Below are positions 40,110 to 50,866 of a stretch of DNA of 64,000 nt, in pieces (position 1 is the first letter of the stretch; the number at the start of each line of letters is the position of its first letter). The DNA lies in NCBI GenBank assembly GCA_965197725.1, contig CBDANQ010000056.1:38696-102695 (forward strand), in the 5' to 3' direction. The notes below the pieces were generated by a model. The model did not search any database and had not been told where the DNA came from. It worked only from the letters and a program-made list of their open reading frames with translations. Source of the stretch: Longimicrobiales bacterium (GTDB taxonomy: Bacteria > Gemmatimonadota > Gemmatimonadetes > Longimicrobiales > Gaopeijiaceae). The position numbers and the translations under genes are program-made.

Positions 40110-41046
40110 GTGACCCTAGATCCGCAAGCCCAGTTCATACTCGACCTCGCGGAGAGGAGCACCCGCCCACTGCTCGAGACCCTCGATCCACCAGCGGCGC
40201 GGATTCAATACGCTGAGATGGTCGCCGTGGTCTCGGGAGATCCTCCGAGGGGAGTGGTGACGGAGGACAGTACGATTCCCGGCCCCGGTGGCGAGCTTGG
40301 GACGCGGCTCTATCGCCCGCAGGATGCCGAAGGTCCGCTCCCGATCCTCATCTATTTCCACGGCGGCGGGTACGTGATCGGCGATCGGGATACACACGAT
40401 GTCCCTTGTTGTCGGCTGTCTCTGGGCGCGGCCTGCCTCGTGGTGTCCGTCGACTATAGGCTCGCCCCCGAGCATCCGTTCCCGGCGCCGGTCGAGGATG
40501 CCTGGGCGGTCACCCGTTGGGTGGTGGATCATGCGACAGCACTCGGTGGGGACCCTGCTCGTGTGGCGGTTGGCGGCGACAGCGCGGGCGGCAATCTGGC
40601 GGCGATCGTCTGCCACATGGCGAAGCGGGACGGCGCCCCGCAACTGGCGTACCAACTCCTCATCTATCCGAACACGGACCTCACAGGCAGCATGCCTTCG
40701 CACAAGGCGTTGGGAAAGGGCTACCGGCTTACGACCGAACTCATGGACTGGTTCATGAACCACTACTTCAGCCAGGGCGGGGATCGGGGTCAGCTCATCG
40801 CCTCGCCGATCTTCGCCGATGACTTCGCGCATCTTCCCCCGGCCTTCATTCTCACAGCGGGATACGACCCTTTGAAGGACGAAGGAAGCGCCTATGCCGA
40901 CAAGCTGCGTGAGGCTGGGGTCGAGACTGAGTTCGTCGAGTACGAGGGGATGATCCACGGGTTCATCACGATGGGGGGGGCTGGTGGACGCGACGACCGA
41001 GGCGCTCGAGAAGTGCGGCGCGGCGCTCCGTAAGGCGTTCGCGTAG
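40110..41046 (+). CDS. HSL-family alpha/beta hydrolase (esterase), +1 frameshift in G8 run 40973-40980
   Basis: HGGG, DYRLAPEHPFP, GDSAGG, YDPLKDEG, HGF; natural end LVDATTEALEKCGAALRKAFA* in shifted frame. Confidence 0.88.
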
Positions 41047-41097
41047 GCTCCGCAAGTGGCCAGATCCGAGTCCCGAGCTAGGGAGGGACGTATCGAT

Positions 41098-41231
41098 ACG
41101 CCTGATCGTCGATACTCCCACGAGGAGTTCGCGCTCATTCTGCAGCGAGCGTCATAGCTGCAGGACAAAGCGGATTGTGCTGCTGCCCAGTCGCCCCTTT
41201 CCTGCGCGCAAGCAACCAAACTGGCCAAACC
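41098..41231 (+). pseudogene. N-terminal remnant related to the 28229 protein family
   Basis: PDRRYSHEEFALILQRAS*LQ after GGAGGG; ACG where a start codon is expected, in-frame TAG 41155. Confidence 0.5.
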
Positions 41232-41360
41232 ATGACAATTCGCTCCAGTCGAGCTTCAGACCGCGAGGAGCTGGTCCGGATGCGGACGGCGCCGTGGCCG
41301 GATTCCGAGCCGTACGAGATCGATGCCGTTCTTCGTGATTTGCCGTCGGACTCGACCTAG
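41232..41360 (+). pseudogene. GNAT (AAC(6')-I-like) N-terminal remnant
   Basis: MTIRSSRASDREELVRMRTAPWPD, truncated after 42 codons. Confidence 0.5.
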
Positions 41361-41424
41361 CGGGGCGATAGCTCCCGACGCAGGAGGTGCCGTGGCGCTC
41401 GGCCTAGCAGAAGCCCGTGGGTTG

Positions 41425-42250
41425 CTAGACCACCAGAGCGGTCTGGGAGCGCTCCACGAGACGGGAGTCGCCGAGGCGCTCTGCGTGGAGTTCGAAGTCG
41501 GGAGTCGCCCCCAGCCAGCGGAGATCGTCCACCGCGCTGAAGAGGCGCGCGTCCGTTCTGAGTGTTGCGAGATCCTTGAAGAGCAGCGCCAGGTCACGGC
41601 GATCCCCGAGCACGGAGTCCGGAAAGCTCTCGATGGGGCCGTGCCGGTTCAGAAGCCGTGAAGCCGTGACTCGACCGATGCGGGAAATGCCCGGGAAGCC
41701 GTCGGCAGCGTCACCGACGAGGGCGAGGACGTCGGGTATCAAGGTCGGCTCGACCCCGAACTTTTCACGCACGGCGTCAGCGTTGCGGACCTGGTTCGCT
41801 CTGCGGTCCACCTGGACGACGCGGTCGCCTCGCACGCACTGCGCCAGGTCCTTGTCGGGGGTCCAGATGGAGGACCCTCTCCACGCTTTCGTCCGCCGAG
41901 GCGAGATGCGCGGCTGACGCTAGGGCATCGTCGGCCTCTAGCTCGATCATGGGCCACACGGCTACGCCCATCGCAGCGAGCGCTTCTTCCAGCGGATGGA
42001 ACTGGACCAGGAGCGCCGGATCGATGCCCTCTCCGGTCTTGTAGTCAGCCCACAGACCGTTGCGGAACGACTCGATGACGTGGTCGGTCGCCACACCGAT
42101 GTGGGTTGCTCCCTTCTCGATCATCTGCAACACGGAGTGCAGGACACCGTTGACCGCCGCGAGGGGCCGGTCCTCACCCTTGCTGAAGCGGCGAATACCA
42201 TAGAACTGGCGAAACAGCTCGTACGTGCCATCTATCAAGTGAACGATCAT
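41425..42250 (-). CDS. Stand-alone 5'-3' exonuclease / flap endonuclease, +1 frameshift near 41869
   Basis: LIDGTYELFR, EADDALAS, (W)TPDKDLAQCV, LALVGDAADGFPGI. Confidence 0.85.
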
Positions 42251-42955
42251 GTTGCAGTATAGGGGCTATCGAATCCCGGACCCACCGATGGTGCGCCAAT
42301 GAAAACTCGAGCCGTTTCCCGACACGTCGTCCTCGGACTTTCCATGGTGGGCGCGGCCTTCAATGCAGGGTTCCTAGAGCGTTCAGGCGCGCCGGCTCAC
42401 CGATGAACAAAGCTGGGCTCCGACCGTGGGGCCGAGCGGTCGACGCTCGACGAAAAATCTAAGTCTTCAAGATGGCGCCGACCTCAGTGCACCAGTACGT
42501 CCTTCGGCGTGGCCACTCGGGTTCCAGGGTGCGGGAACTGGTTGCGGGCCAGCCCACCGATCGTCGATTATGGTCGGTAGCTCTTTCCTGCTCCGTCCCC
42601 TTGATCGCTCGGCCGCTTACGATATCCTGGATTCGACACTGGCCTCGGGGCAGGCCCAATCCTTGCTAACCACCGTTCCGTGGCCATGCAGCGCCCCATC
42701 CCCTCGACGATACCGGCCGCCTCGCGGAGCTCGGCCGTCGTGCGAGGTCTCCGCCGATCGCGGAGGCGACGTCGCGGCGCTATACTGGGCGTCCGAGCTG
42801 CTTGGTGAAGCGCCTACCATGTGGAGAGAACGATGACTACGTCGCCGGCCGAGGCCTATGAGGAGCTCACCGAAGTGTGGGCGGGCCGAGAGTCGCTCGT
42901 GGGCATGCAGGAGGCACGGCGCTTCCTGCGGGGGACGAGGTAACCAACAGTCGCA

Positions 42956-44188
42956 ATGGACGGGACTTCCTTCTCTCAACTGTGGAAATACAGTCGTCGG
43001 CACGGCCTGAGCCGGCGTCGGTTCGTTCGCCTACTCATTGCGGGTGGAACCGCTTCAGTCCTGAACGCCTGTGAGCGCGGCGAGGGAGCAGGCCGAGCGG
43101 GCGAGGGAATAGGGCAGGCTTCGGCTTCGCCCGGAGCTGACAGACCGTGGATAAAGGACCCGACTCCCTTCATCCTCCAGCCCACGAACCTTGAGACTCC
43201 CCTGAGCAAGCTCGAAGGGCTGCTCACACCAAACGAATTGTTTTTCGTCCGCAATCACGCTCGGACGCCAATCGTCGATGTGTCCTCGTATCGACTCCGA
43301 ATCGAGGGCGACGCGATACCGGAGCCGCTCGAGCTTTCCTTGGCGGAGCTGCGGGAAATGCCCAGCCGTTCCATCGTGGCATACTTGGAGTGCGCCGGGA
43401 ACTGGCGGAGGTTTTTCGGAAGCGTGCTGGGGGAGACCGCTCGCGGTGGCCCCTGGGGTACGGGAGCTGTGGGGTGCGCGACCTGGACGGGCGTGCCCCT
43501 TCGTGAGGTACTGGCAAGGGTGGCCGCTGGCTCCGATGCGGTGGATGTCCTGCTCACCGGCGCCGACGACGTGGAGTTCAACCGACCCATGCCGATCGAC
43601 AAGGCGCTAGACCCCGATACGATTCTCGCCTACGAGATGAACGGGGTCGATCTTCCGCCTGATCATGGGTATCCGCTCCGGGCGGTAGTCCCGGGCTGGG
43701 TGGCCAGCAGCAGCGTGAAGTGGTTGAAGCGAATCGTAGTCTCGACGGAGACGCTGTGGGTCCGTACGAACACGAGCGCGTATGTTCTGATTGGCGACGA
43801 GTGGCCCCCGGAGAGGTATGCGCCAGCTGAAGGCGGGCCAGTGACGACCCAGACCATAAAGAGCGCGCTAGCGTTGGACTGGCCGGCCGGAGTCGCTGCC
43901 GGTCGGCAAGTATTCAGAGGCTTCGCCCATTCGCCCAACGCCGTCGTTGAGAAGGTGGAGTGGAGGCTCGATGAGGAGGAGGAGTGGCGGGACGCGAGGC
44001 TCGTTTCCCCCTCGATCGAGTACGCGTGGCGACGCTTCGAGTTCGAGTGGGAGGCGAGTGCGGGGTCGCACGTCATCCGTACACGGGCGACCGACACGGC
44101 CGGAAACACGCAACCCGATGAGGTTCCGTTCAACGAGGCGGGATACCTCCTAAACATCCCGCTCCCTCATCCGGTCGAAGTGGCGTAG
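42956..44188 (+). CDS. Sulfite oxidase family molybdoenzyme (SorA-like), Tat signal
   Basis: SRRRFV, FFVRNH, LECAGN, AYEMNG..DHGYPLR..PGW..VKWL, C-terminal dimerisation domain RATD..GNTQP. Confidence 0.88.
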   Translation: MDGTSFSQLWKYSRRHGLSRRRFVRLLIAGGTASVLNACERGEGAGRAGEGIGQASASPGADRPWIKDPTPFILQPTNLETPLSKLEGLLTPNELFFVRNHARTPIVDVSSYRLRIEGDAIPEPLELSLAELREMPSRSIVAYLECAGNWRRFFGSVLGETARGGPWGTGAVGCATWTGVPLREVLARVAAGSDAVDVLLTGADDVEFNRPMPIDKALDPDTILAYEMNGVDLPPDHGYPLRAVVPGWVASSSVKWLKRIVVSTETLWVRTNTSAYVLIGDEWPPERYAPAEGGPVTTQTIKSALALDWPAGVAAGRQVFRGFAHSPNAVVEKVEWRLDEEEEWRDARLVSPSIEYAWRRFEFEWEASAGSHVIRTRATDTAGNTQPDEVPFNEAGYLLNIPLPHPVEVA

Positions 44189-44202
44189 CACCCCGTGGCT
44201 GT

Positions 44203-44574
44203 TTGACAATGCTCTGGCGGGCGTGGGCGGTCGTGCTGGTCACCCTTTCGGCTGCTCTGGCGGGATGCGGGCGAGAGCCGTCACCTCATGAGCAGAACGC
44301 CCAAGGCGTCGCCGTCTGGGAAACCTACTGCCAGGCATGTCACACCCAAGGAGCGATCGGAACACGCCTTACGCTGTCGGGACTCGCGTCGTACGGGTCC
44401 CCCGCGCGCTTGGTGGACTACACACGATTGGCGATGCCATATGGGATGGGCGGCGCGCTCACAGATGACGAGTACCGCGCCGTGGTAGCCTACCTGCTCC
44501 ATGAGCACGGCCTTCTCCCCGCGAACATGGCCGTGGGGCCCGCAAGCGCGGACACCTTCCAGTCAGAGAACTAA
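44203..44574 (+). CDS. Monoheme c-type cytochrome lipoprotein (SorB-like)
   Basis: LAGC lipobox, CQACH, distal AMP. Confidence 0.85.
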   Translation: MTMLWRAWAVVLVTLSAALAGCGREPSPHEQNAQGVAVWETYCQACHTQGAIGTRLTLSGLASYGSPARLVDYTRLAMPYGMGGALTDDEYRAVVAYLLHEHGLLPANMAVGPASADTFQSEN

Positions 44575-44696
44575 CTCACTTCGCTCCCCTCTCGCTCTAA
44601 AGGCGGCCGGGCTTCCGCGGCGCAGGTGGTGGGATCTCAGACTGAGCCCGTGTCGGCCTGGACCTTACTTGCGCGTATCGAGAGCGATCCTGACGT

Positions 44697-45416
44697 TCAG
44701 CCCCTTCTCGTCGGAACCTCCCGCATCGGAAGACCCGGAGAGCCGAACATGATCTCGGAGATCGCCTTGATGTTGCGCGCGCCGTAGCGGAAGGGAATCA
44801 CGAGGCGAAGAGGCGCACCGTTGGTCGGTGGAATCGGCTCGTCGTTCAGGAGCCACGCGAGCAGGACCTGGGGATGCCTCATGGTCGGCATCTCCTCGTC
44901 GATATAGTAGCCGTCGTGTGAGATCAGACGGCAGTAGTGAGCCGGCGGCTGCACGCCGATCATGTCCGCAAAGTCGTCGAAGCGAACGCCCGTCCACTTC
45001 ACGATGCCCGTCGGCTGCGGCGCGCCGCACTGTAGGAGGGTCGTATAGGAGTGGCGGGGCAAATCCTCCAGATCATTGAAGCGCAGGGTGCCACGCATCC
45101 GGGCGAACCCGCGCGAGTCGAGTCGGACCTGCAGGTTGCGGTAGTCGTAGTCGATCTCGGGGGGTTGCCGATTGGTATAGCGCCAGATCACACCCGTGAT
45201 CTCTCCCGCCGCCTGGGGCGGGTGCTCCGGCGCCGACCCGTCGGGGTTGAGTGGCAGGTCGGCGCGTTGACGGAGCTCACCCGCCACGAGTCGGTCCGGC
45301 CATTCCTGCTGAGGCAGAGCTTGAGCTAGCACCGTGTCCGGCCGGACCACTCCCATCGACAGGCCAGCCACCGCCGTCCCAGAGACCTTGATCGCGTCAC
45401 GTCGAGAGAGCTTCAT
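44697..45416 (-). CDS. Molybdopterin-binding oxidoreductase (sulfite oxidase superfamily, Mo domain only), Tat signal
   Basis: SRRDAIK, LLQCG, WTGV, GAPLRLVIPFRYGARNIKAI. Confidence 0.8.
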   Translation of the reverse strand: MKLSRRDAIKVSGTAVAGLSMGVVRPDTVLAQALPQQEWPDRLVAGELRQRADLPLNPDGSAPEHPPQAAGEITGVIWRYTNRQPPEIDYDYRNLQVRLDSRGFARMRGTLRFNDLEDLPRHSYTTLLQCGAPQPTGIVKWTGVRFDDFADMIGVQPPAHYCRLISHDGYYIDEEMPTMRHPQVLLAWLLNDEPIPPTNGAPLRLVIPFRYGARNIKAISEIMFGSPGLPMREVPTRRG

Positions 45417-45679
45417 GGTTACACCCCCCATTACCACAGAGTCGTCACGGTGTCAGCCAGCGCGGCAAGCTAGAGCGAGACAGGAAGCGGGGCAAGTTGA
45501 CCTGGGAGGCCCCGCGGCCCGCTCGATCCTCCTCAGCCGCTCCTTGATTTCGCGGAGTTGACGGAGGATCATGTGTGTCTGCCGTGCGGATCCCGACGGC
45601 GGCCCGACGGCTGAACCGCAACCCATGCGCTGGGGACTGCGGACGTGACCCGAAAAGACAGGCTGTGGGTTCGCGGACG

Positions 45680-45955
45680 GGAGGGAGCACAGCCTCATAG
45701 CGATCGGCCAACAGGCGGTCCTTTTTCATCATGATGTGGGACTCGACCGCTACGACGGAGACGTACCAGGGAGGGCGGTACCTGAGTGCCCCATTGCCGG
45801 ACGAGGACGGCTGGACGACGATCGACTTCAACCGCGCGTACAACGCGCCCTGCGTCTTCACGGCCTTTTCCGTGTGCGCGCTCCCACCCCGCGGGAACTG
45901 GCTCGAGCTCCGCGTGACAGCGGGCGAGCAGCGGCCGGAGACGCCCACTCACTGA
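45680..45955 (+). pseudogene. DUF1684 C-terminal remnant
   Basis: ETYQGGRYL..IDFNRAYNAPCVFT..CALPP..AGE. Confidence 0.8.
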
Positions 45956-46145
45956 GTCCGTAGTGCCAGCACGCAGCGCCTTGCCGTTCACGGCGCGGCC
46001 GGGCACACTGCAGCGCAGCCCGTATGGGTACGCGCTCTACGAGCGAAACGACTCGACTGCTAAACCGAGAGTCTGGCGGATCCCACGTCTCGGACGTAAA
46101 CCACTTCATCGAGGACCCCGTCCTCCAGAGGGGAGATAATTAGCG

Positions 46146-48237
46146 GTGAAGCCCCCAGTACTCGAGAAGCAGTTGGGGCTATGGGATGTCTATGCCATTG
46201 CCACGGGCGCAACCCTCAGCTCGGGCTTCTTTCTCCTCCCGGGGCTCGCGGCGGCTGGGGCTGGGTCGGCGATGCCGCTCTCGTATCTACTCGCCGCGCT
46301 GATCCTCCTACCCGGGCTCTTCAGCATGGTGGAGCTCGCGACCGCCATGCCCAGGGCCGGTGGCATATACTATTTCCTGGACCGGAGCATGGGTCCGCTC
46401 GTAGGGGCGATAGGCGGATTCGGCACTTGGATCGCCGTCATCCTGAAGTGCGCATTCGCTCTTATCGGAGTCGGCGCGTACCTGGAACTTTTCCTCCCGG
46501 GTCTAGAGATGGGCTCGATCGCGGGGGGGTTCGCCGTGTTCTTCGGTGGGCTCAACTACTTCGGGGCAAAGAAGAGCGGGTCTTTTCAGGTCCTGCTTCT
46601 GATCGGGCTCCTGATCCTAACTCTTGTGGTTTTGTGGCTTTGGCGTGCTTCAACTCGAGGTGGGCAACTTCAGCGGCTTCTTCGAGTCGGGCAGTGCTGG
46701 GATCGTCAGCACCGCCGGGCTGGTGATCGTCAGCTACATGGGATTGACGACGGTGGCCAGTCTTGCCGAGGAGGTGAAAAACCCGGAGCGCAACCTGCCC
46801 CTGGGGATGTTCCTCGCTTTTGGGAGCATCATCACGATCTACGTCGTCGGCACGTCGGTGATGGTCGGTGTCGTGGGTGTGGATACGCTACGCCAAGGGG
46901 GCGGGGTGCTCACGCCGGTCGCCATGGTGGCCGAAGTTCTCGCGGGTCCGTGGGGCGCCCTCATCATGACGGTGGCCGCGGTATTGGCCTTCTCATCCGT
47001 CGCAAATGCTGGCATCCTCGCGGCGTCCCGCTACCCGCTTGCCATGGGGAGAGACAAGCTGCTGCCTGGTCTGTTCAGCCATGTCGGAGGGCGGGGAACG
47101 CCAACCGTCAGCATCGCGGTCACCGTGGCGGTGATTCTGCTTTCGGTCACCCTTTTCGATCCCACCGGGATCGCGAAGCTGGCCAGCGCGTTTCAGATGG
47201 TACTGTTCGCCCTCGCCTGCCTTGCGGTGATCGTGATGCGGGAGAGTCGGATCGACTCGTACGATCCCGGCTTCCGCTCCCCGCTGTACCCGGCCGTACA
47301 GATCCTCGGCGTTCTCGGTCCATTCTGGATGATCGTGACCATGGGGATCCTACCGACGCTCTTCACGGGCGGATTGATCGTCTTCGGCGCGATGTGGTAC
47401 ACCTACTACGCTCGCGACAAGCTCAGCCGGGAGGGCGCGATCTTCCACATTTTCGAACGGCTGGGACGTCAGCGATACGAGGGACTGGACCGGGAACTTC
47501 GCGAGATCATGAAGGAACGGGGGCCACGCGAGGCCGACCCGTTCGACGAGCTCCTCACGCATGCCAGTCTGCTCGATCTGGCAGGGCCCGTCGCTTTCGA
47601 AGAGCTGGCGAACCAGGCATCTGATCAGCTGGCTTTGGACTTGCCCGTGACGGCGAGCCAACTGTGCGAGGCATTCCTCCTGGGCACGCGCACGGGGGCC
47701 ACCCCGGTCTCGCACGGCGCTGCTCTACCGCACATGCGATCGGAGCTGCTGGATCGCTCCTACATTCTGCTGGCCAGAGTGCGTGAGGGGGTTCGCTTCG
47801 AGAGCGGACCAGGTGGCGTGGAGCGCGCTCCGGAGGAAGCGATTCGAGCGGTCTTCTTTCTGGTGAGTCCTGAGGCGGACGCGGGGCAGCACCTGCGGAT
47901 TCTGGCACGTATTGCTCGCCGTGTGGATCAGGACAGCTTCATGCCCGAGTGGCTCGGCGCGGAGAGCGACGAGCAGCTCAAGGAGGCTCTGTTCCGATAC
48001 GAGCGGATCCTCGTGATGATGCTCGGGGGTGACCAGGCCAGCTCCGCCCTGATCGGCCTCCAACTGCACGAGGTATCACTCCCCGACGGCACCCTCATCG
48101 CGATGATCCGTCGTGACGATGAACTGGTCATTCCGAAGGGTGATACATCGCTCCTCGCCGGCGATCGCCTCACTGTAATCGGACGGCCAGAGGGGATCAG
48201 TGCGCTCCGCGATCGCTACGGCGTAGCTGTACGGTAG
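46146..48237 (+). CDS. APC amino-acid permease fused to PTS EIIA and RCK-C domains, +1 frameshift at 46619-46620
   Basis: GATLSSGFFLLPG, MPRAGG, AEEVKNPERNLP; GAALPH EIIA motif, HLRILA; IRRDDELVIPKGDTSLLAGDRLTVIG. Confidence 0.85.
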
Positions 48238-48247
48238 ACGGGCTGAG

Positions 48248-48730
48248 GTGACGACGAGCCTTTCCCGGATGGTCCCGCAACTTGCTGGTCTCTACGGACC
48301 TCCTCCCGAGCCGTTCCCGACGGAGCCGTTCGAGCTCGTGCTGTGGGAGAGCATCGCCCATCTGGCAGATGACGAGCGACGCGCCCAGAAGCGAGTGCGG
48401 CGATGGATCTAAGGCAGCGTTGGATGCCCTTTACCGCGTTCGGGTTGCCATGGGTCGTCTGGGGGAGGTCCGGGACGCGATCGAGGAGGGTACGACCACC
48501 GCCATTGTCGCAACCGGCGGCGTCGAAGAGAGCGGCGTGGTGGCCGCCAGGTCGGCCAGTTCCTTCGTCCACACGGTATGAGCGTGGATTCGCAGGGCAA
48601 CATCTACGTGGGTGAGGCCTCCTCTTCGTCGTGGCGCTGCCGGCGATGCCGCTCTTCGGCGCCACGACGATCACGCTTTCCGCGGCCGTGACGGCGTACC
48701 TAGCGCGGCGGGCGATTAGATTAGAGGGGA
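48248..48730 (+). pseudogene. Four abutting gene remnants (EndoIII-like, creatininase, NHL repeat, membrane protein)
   Basis: LYGPPPEP..PFELVLWESIAHLADDERR; EVRDAIEEGTTTAIVATGGVEESG; GQFLRPHGMSVDSQGNIYVGE; LFVVALPAMPLFGA. Confidence 0.65.
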
Positions 48731-48805
48731 GCCCAGTGCCGTTTCGCCCAAGTTGGGCTAAGATGGTGTCTACGGTTCACCGACTCTCATGGATAGGAGC
48801 CTCTC

Positions 48806-49432
48806 ATGTTCCGTCGAATGTCTGTTGTACTCGTCGCGGTCATGCTCGCCGTACCTCTGAGCATGCAAGGGCAGACGCAGATGCGCGTAGACCGCAGCAC
48901 GAGCGCCGCCGATCCGGACGATGTGCCCGACGTCACCCTCGAGGCCATGGGCAGTTCGTTTACGGTGGGCACTGGTCCCGCGGCGGTCGTGTGGGATCCC
49001 AGCAACACCGCCAGTGGTGAGTACGACCTGAAGGGAACGTTCAGGCTCGAGGCGCCGAGCGATCACACGAACTACTATGGCCTCGTCTTCGGCGCCAGCG
49101 AGCTCGACAACTCCAACCAGAACTATCTGTATTTTCTCGTTGCCCAGGACGGGTCGTTCATCGTGAAGCATCGTGCGAACAACGACGCGGTTGATGACAT
49201 CGTCGGCCGCACCCCGCACGATGCGGTGGCCACGCCCGGCGATGACGGCAAGGCGGTCAACGAGCTCGAAGTGCGGGTCGGAGCTGACGAGCTGACGTTC
49301 GTCGTCAACGGCACCGTGGTTCACACGCAGGCGCGCACCGGCATGGCGTCGCGCACGAGCGGGATCTTCGGCGTTCGCGTGAACCACCGGATGCCTGGCG
49401 TCACTGTCGAAGGGCTCGGCGTCTCGCACTAG
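48806..49432 (+). CDS. Secreted beta-rich hypothetical protein
   Basis: AGGAG RBS, signal peptide, YGLVFG..YLYFLV..F.VNG pattern (lectin/DUF1080-like). Confidence 0.75.
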   Translation: MFRRMSVVLVAVMLAVPLSMQGQTQMRVDRSTSAADPDDVPDVTLEAMGSSFTVGTGPAAVVWDPSNTASGEYDLKGTFRLEAPSDHTNYYGLVFGASELDNSNQNYLYFLVAQDGSFIVKHRANNDAVDDIVGRTPHDAVATPGDDGKAVNELEVRVGADELTFVVNGTVVHTQARTGMASRTSGIFGVRVNHRMPGVTVEGLGVSH

Positions 49433-49469
49433 CAGGCACGCGAGGTCTCACGGGATCGGGTCGCCGCGG

Positions 49470-49680
49470 ATGTCGGGAAATCGCGCGCACAGGTCGGAGC
49501 GCGGAAGAATTGATCAACGCCGTGGCCGACTCAGAGACACGTGTCCCCGCCTGCTTCGAACTGGACCGCTACTTCGGTAGCAAGGCACTGCCTGCCATCC
49601 AGGAAGGACTCGCGCACGGCAACTGGCTGGTCCGGAAGTGGAGCGGGATGTTCCTCGACCACTACGCGGACGCCAAGCGT
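49470..49680 (+). pseudogene. HEAT-repeat protein N-terminal remnant
   Basis: ALPAIQEGLAHGNWLVRKWSGMFLDH, then abrupt switch to another RBS+ATG stub. Confidence 0.45.
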
Positions 49681-49793
49681 CCTCGCTCCAAGGAGACCTC
49701 CATGATGAGATCGACCTCGTTTCGCGTGTTCGCCAGAGTATCGCGTACGCACGTGCGAACGAGGGGGTGCCGCCTTGCAGCGGGTTAGCTAGG

Positions 49794-50798
49794 GTGATTC
49801 CCGCTCCGAATCCTCTTCAGCGCTTCCTCGATCACCAGGGGGTGGTGGTCCTGGACGGTGGTCTCGCGACCGAGTTGGAACGCCGAGGCGCGGTGCTCGA
49901 CTCCGCACTCTGGTCGGCGAAACTGCTCCTGGACGATCCAGCCGCGCTGGCTGAAGTCCACCGCTCCTTTTTGGAGGCGGGCGCCGACTGCATCGCGACC
50001 GCGACCTACCAGGCGAGCTTCGAGGGCTTCGAGGGCATGGGCGTGCGCCGTGACGAGGCGGAGCGGCTCATGCTCGGGTCCGTGGCGCTGGCCACCCGGG
50101 CGGTTGACGATTTTTGGTCAATTCGCGAAAACCGAGCGCTTCGACTTCGGCCGCTGGTCGCAGCGAGCCTCGGACCCTACGGGGCGTTTCTCGCGGACGG
50201 GTCGGAGTACATTGGGCGCTACGGCGTGGGGCGCGCCGTGCTCGAACGATTCCATCGGGACCGTCTGAACCTCATGGCTTCGTCCGCGGCGGACCTGGTC
50301 GCTTTCGAGACGATTCCTTCGTTTGCCGAGGCCGAGGTCATCGTGCAGATCCTCGCTGACACCCCGGAGGTGTGGGCGTGGCTCAGCTTCAGCTGCCGAG
50401 ACGGAGAGCACCTCAGCGACGGGACTCCGATCCGGGACGTCGTGGCCGCATGTGTGGAAGCAGACCGAATTGCTGCGTTCGGAGTGAACTGTACGCCGCC
50501 GCGCTTCGTGGCCAAGCTGATCTCCGAGATCCGCGCCGAGACGGGGCTGCCGGTGGCCGTCTATCCGAATTCGGGCGAAGCGTACGACGCGGCGTCGAAG
50601 AGTCGGAGCAGCGGCTCGGCCAGCACGGGGCTCCCCGGGACGGAGTTCGGTGGCGGGAAGCATGGTGGGACCCGTGGCGCCTGGGGCGACGCCGCAGCCG
50701 AGTGGGTCGAAGCAGGCGCCAGCCTCGTCGGAGGCTGCTGCCGTGTGACCGCCTCGGACATCTCCGGCGTGCGCAGCCGAGTGGTTTCGGTCGGGTAA
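49794..50798 (+). CDS. mmuM: Homocysteine S-methyltransferase
   Basis: LDGGLATELE, LWSA, GPYGAFLADGSEY, FETIP, GVNC, YPNSGE, VGGCC. Confidence 0.92.
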   Translation: MIPAPNPLQRFLDHQGVVVLDGGLATELERRGAVLDSALWSAKLLLDDPAALAEVHRSFLEAGADCIATATYQASFEGFEGMGVRRDEAERLMLGSVALATRAVDDFWSIRENRALRLRPLVAASLGPYGAFLADGSEYIGRYGVGRAVLERFHRDRLNLMASSAADLVAFETIPSFAEAEVIVQILADTPEVWAWLSFSCRDGEHLSDGTPIRDVVAACVEADRIAAFGVNCTPPRFVAKLISEIRAETGLPVAVYPNSGEAYDAASKSRSSGSASTGLPGTEFGGGKHGGTRGAWGDAAAEWVEAGASLVGGCCRVTASDISGVRSRVVSVG

Positions 50799-50866
50799 AG
50801 CGCGACGTAGGCTGCATGTTCTTCGTCGAACCGTTCGCCAAGTCGTTCCGTTACAGAACCAGTACG

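Noticed and set aside
41232..41360. Functional aminoglycoside resistance gene
   Set aside because: Only about 42 codons remain; the acetyl-CoA-binding core is absent.
42260..42950. Short ORFs between the exonuclease and the SorA-like gene
   Set aside because: Probably further remnants, but no family could be recognised, so they are not annotated.
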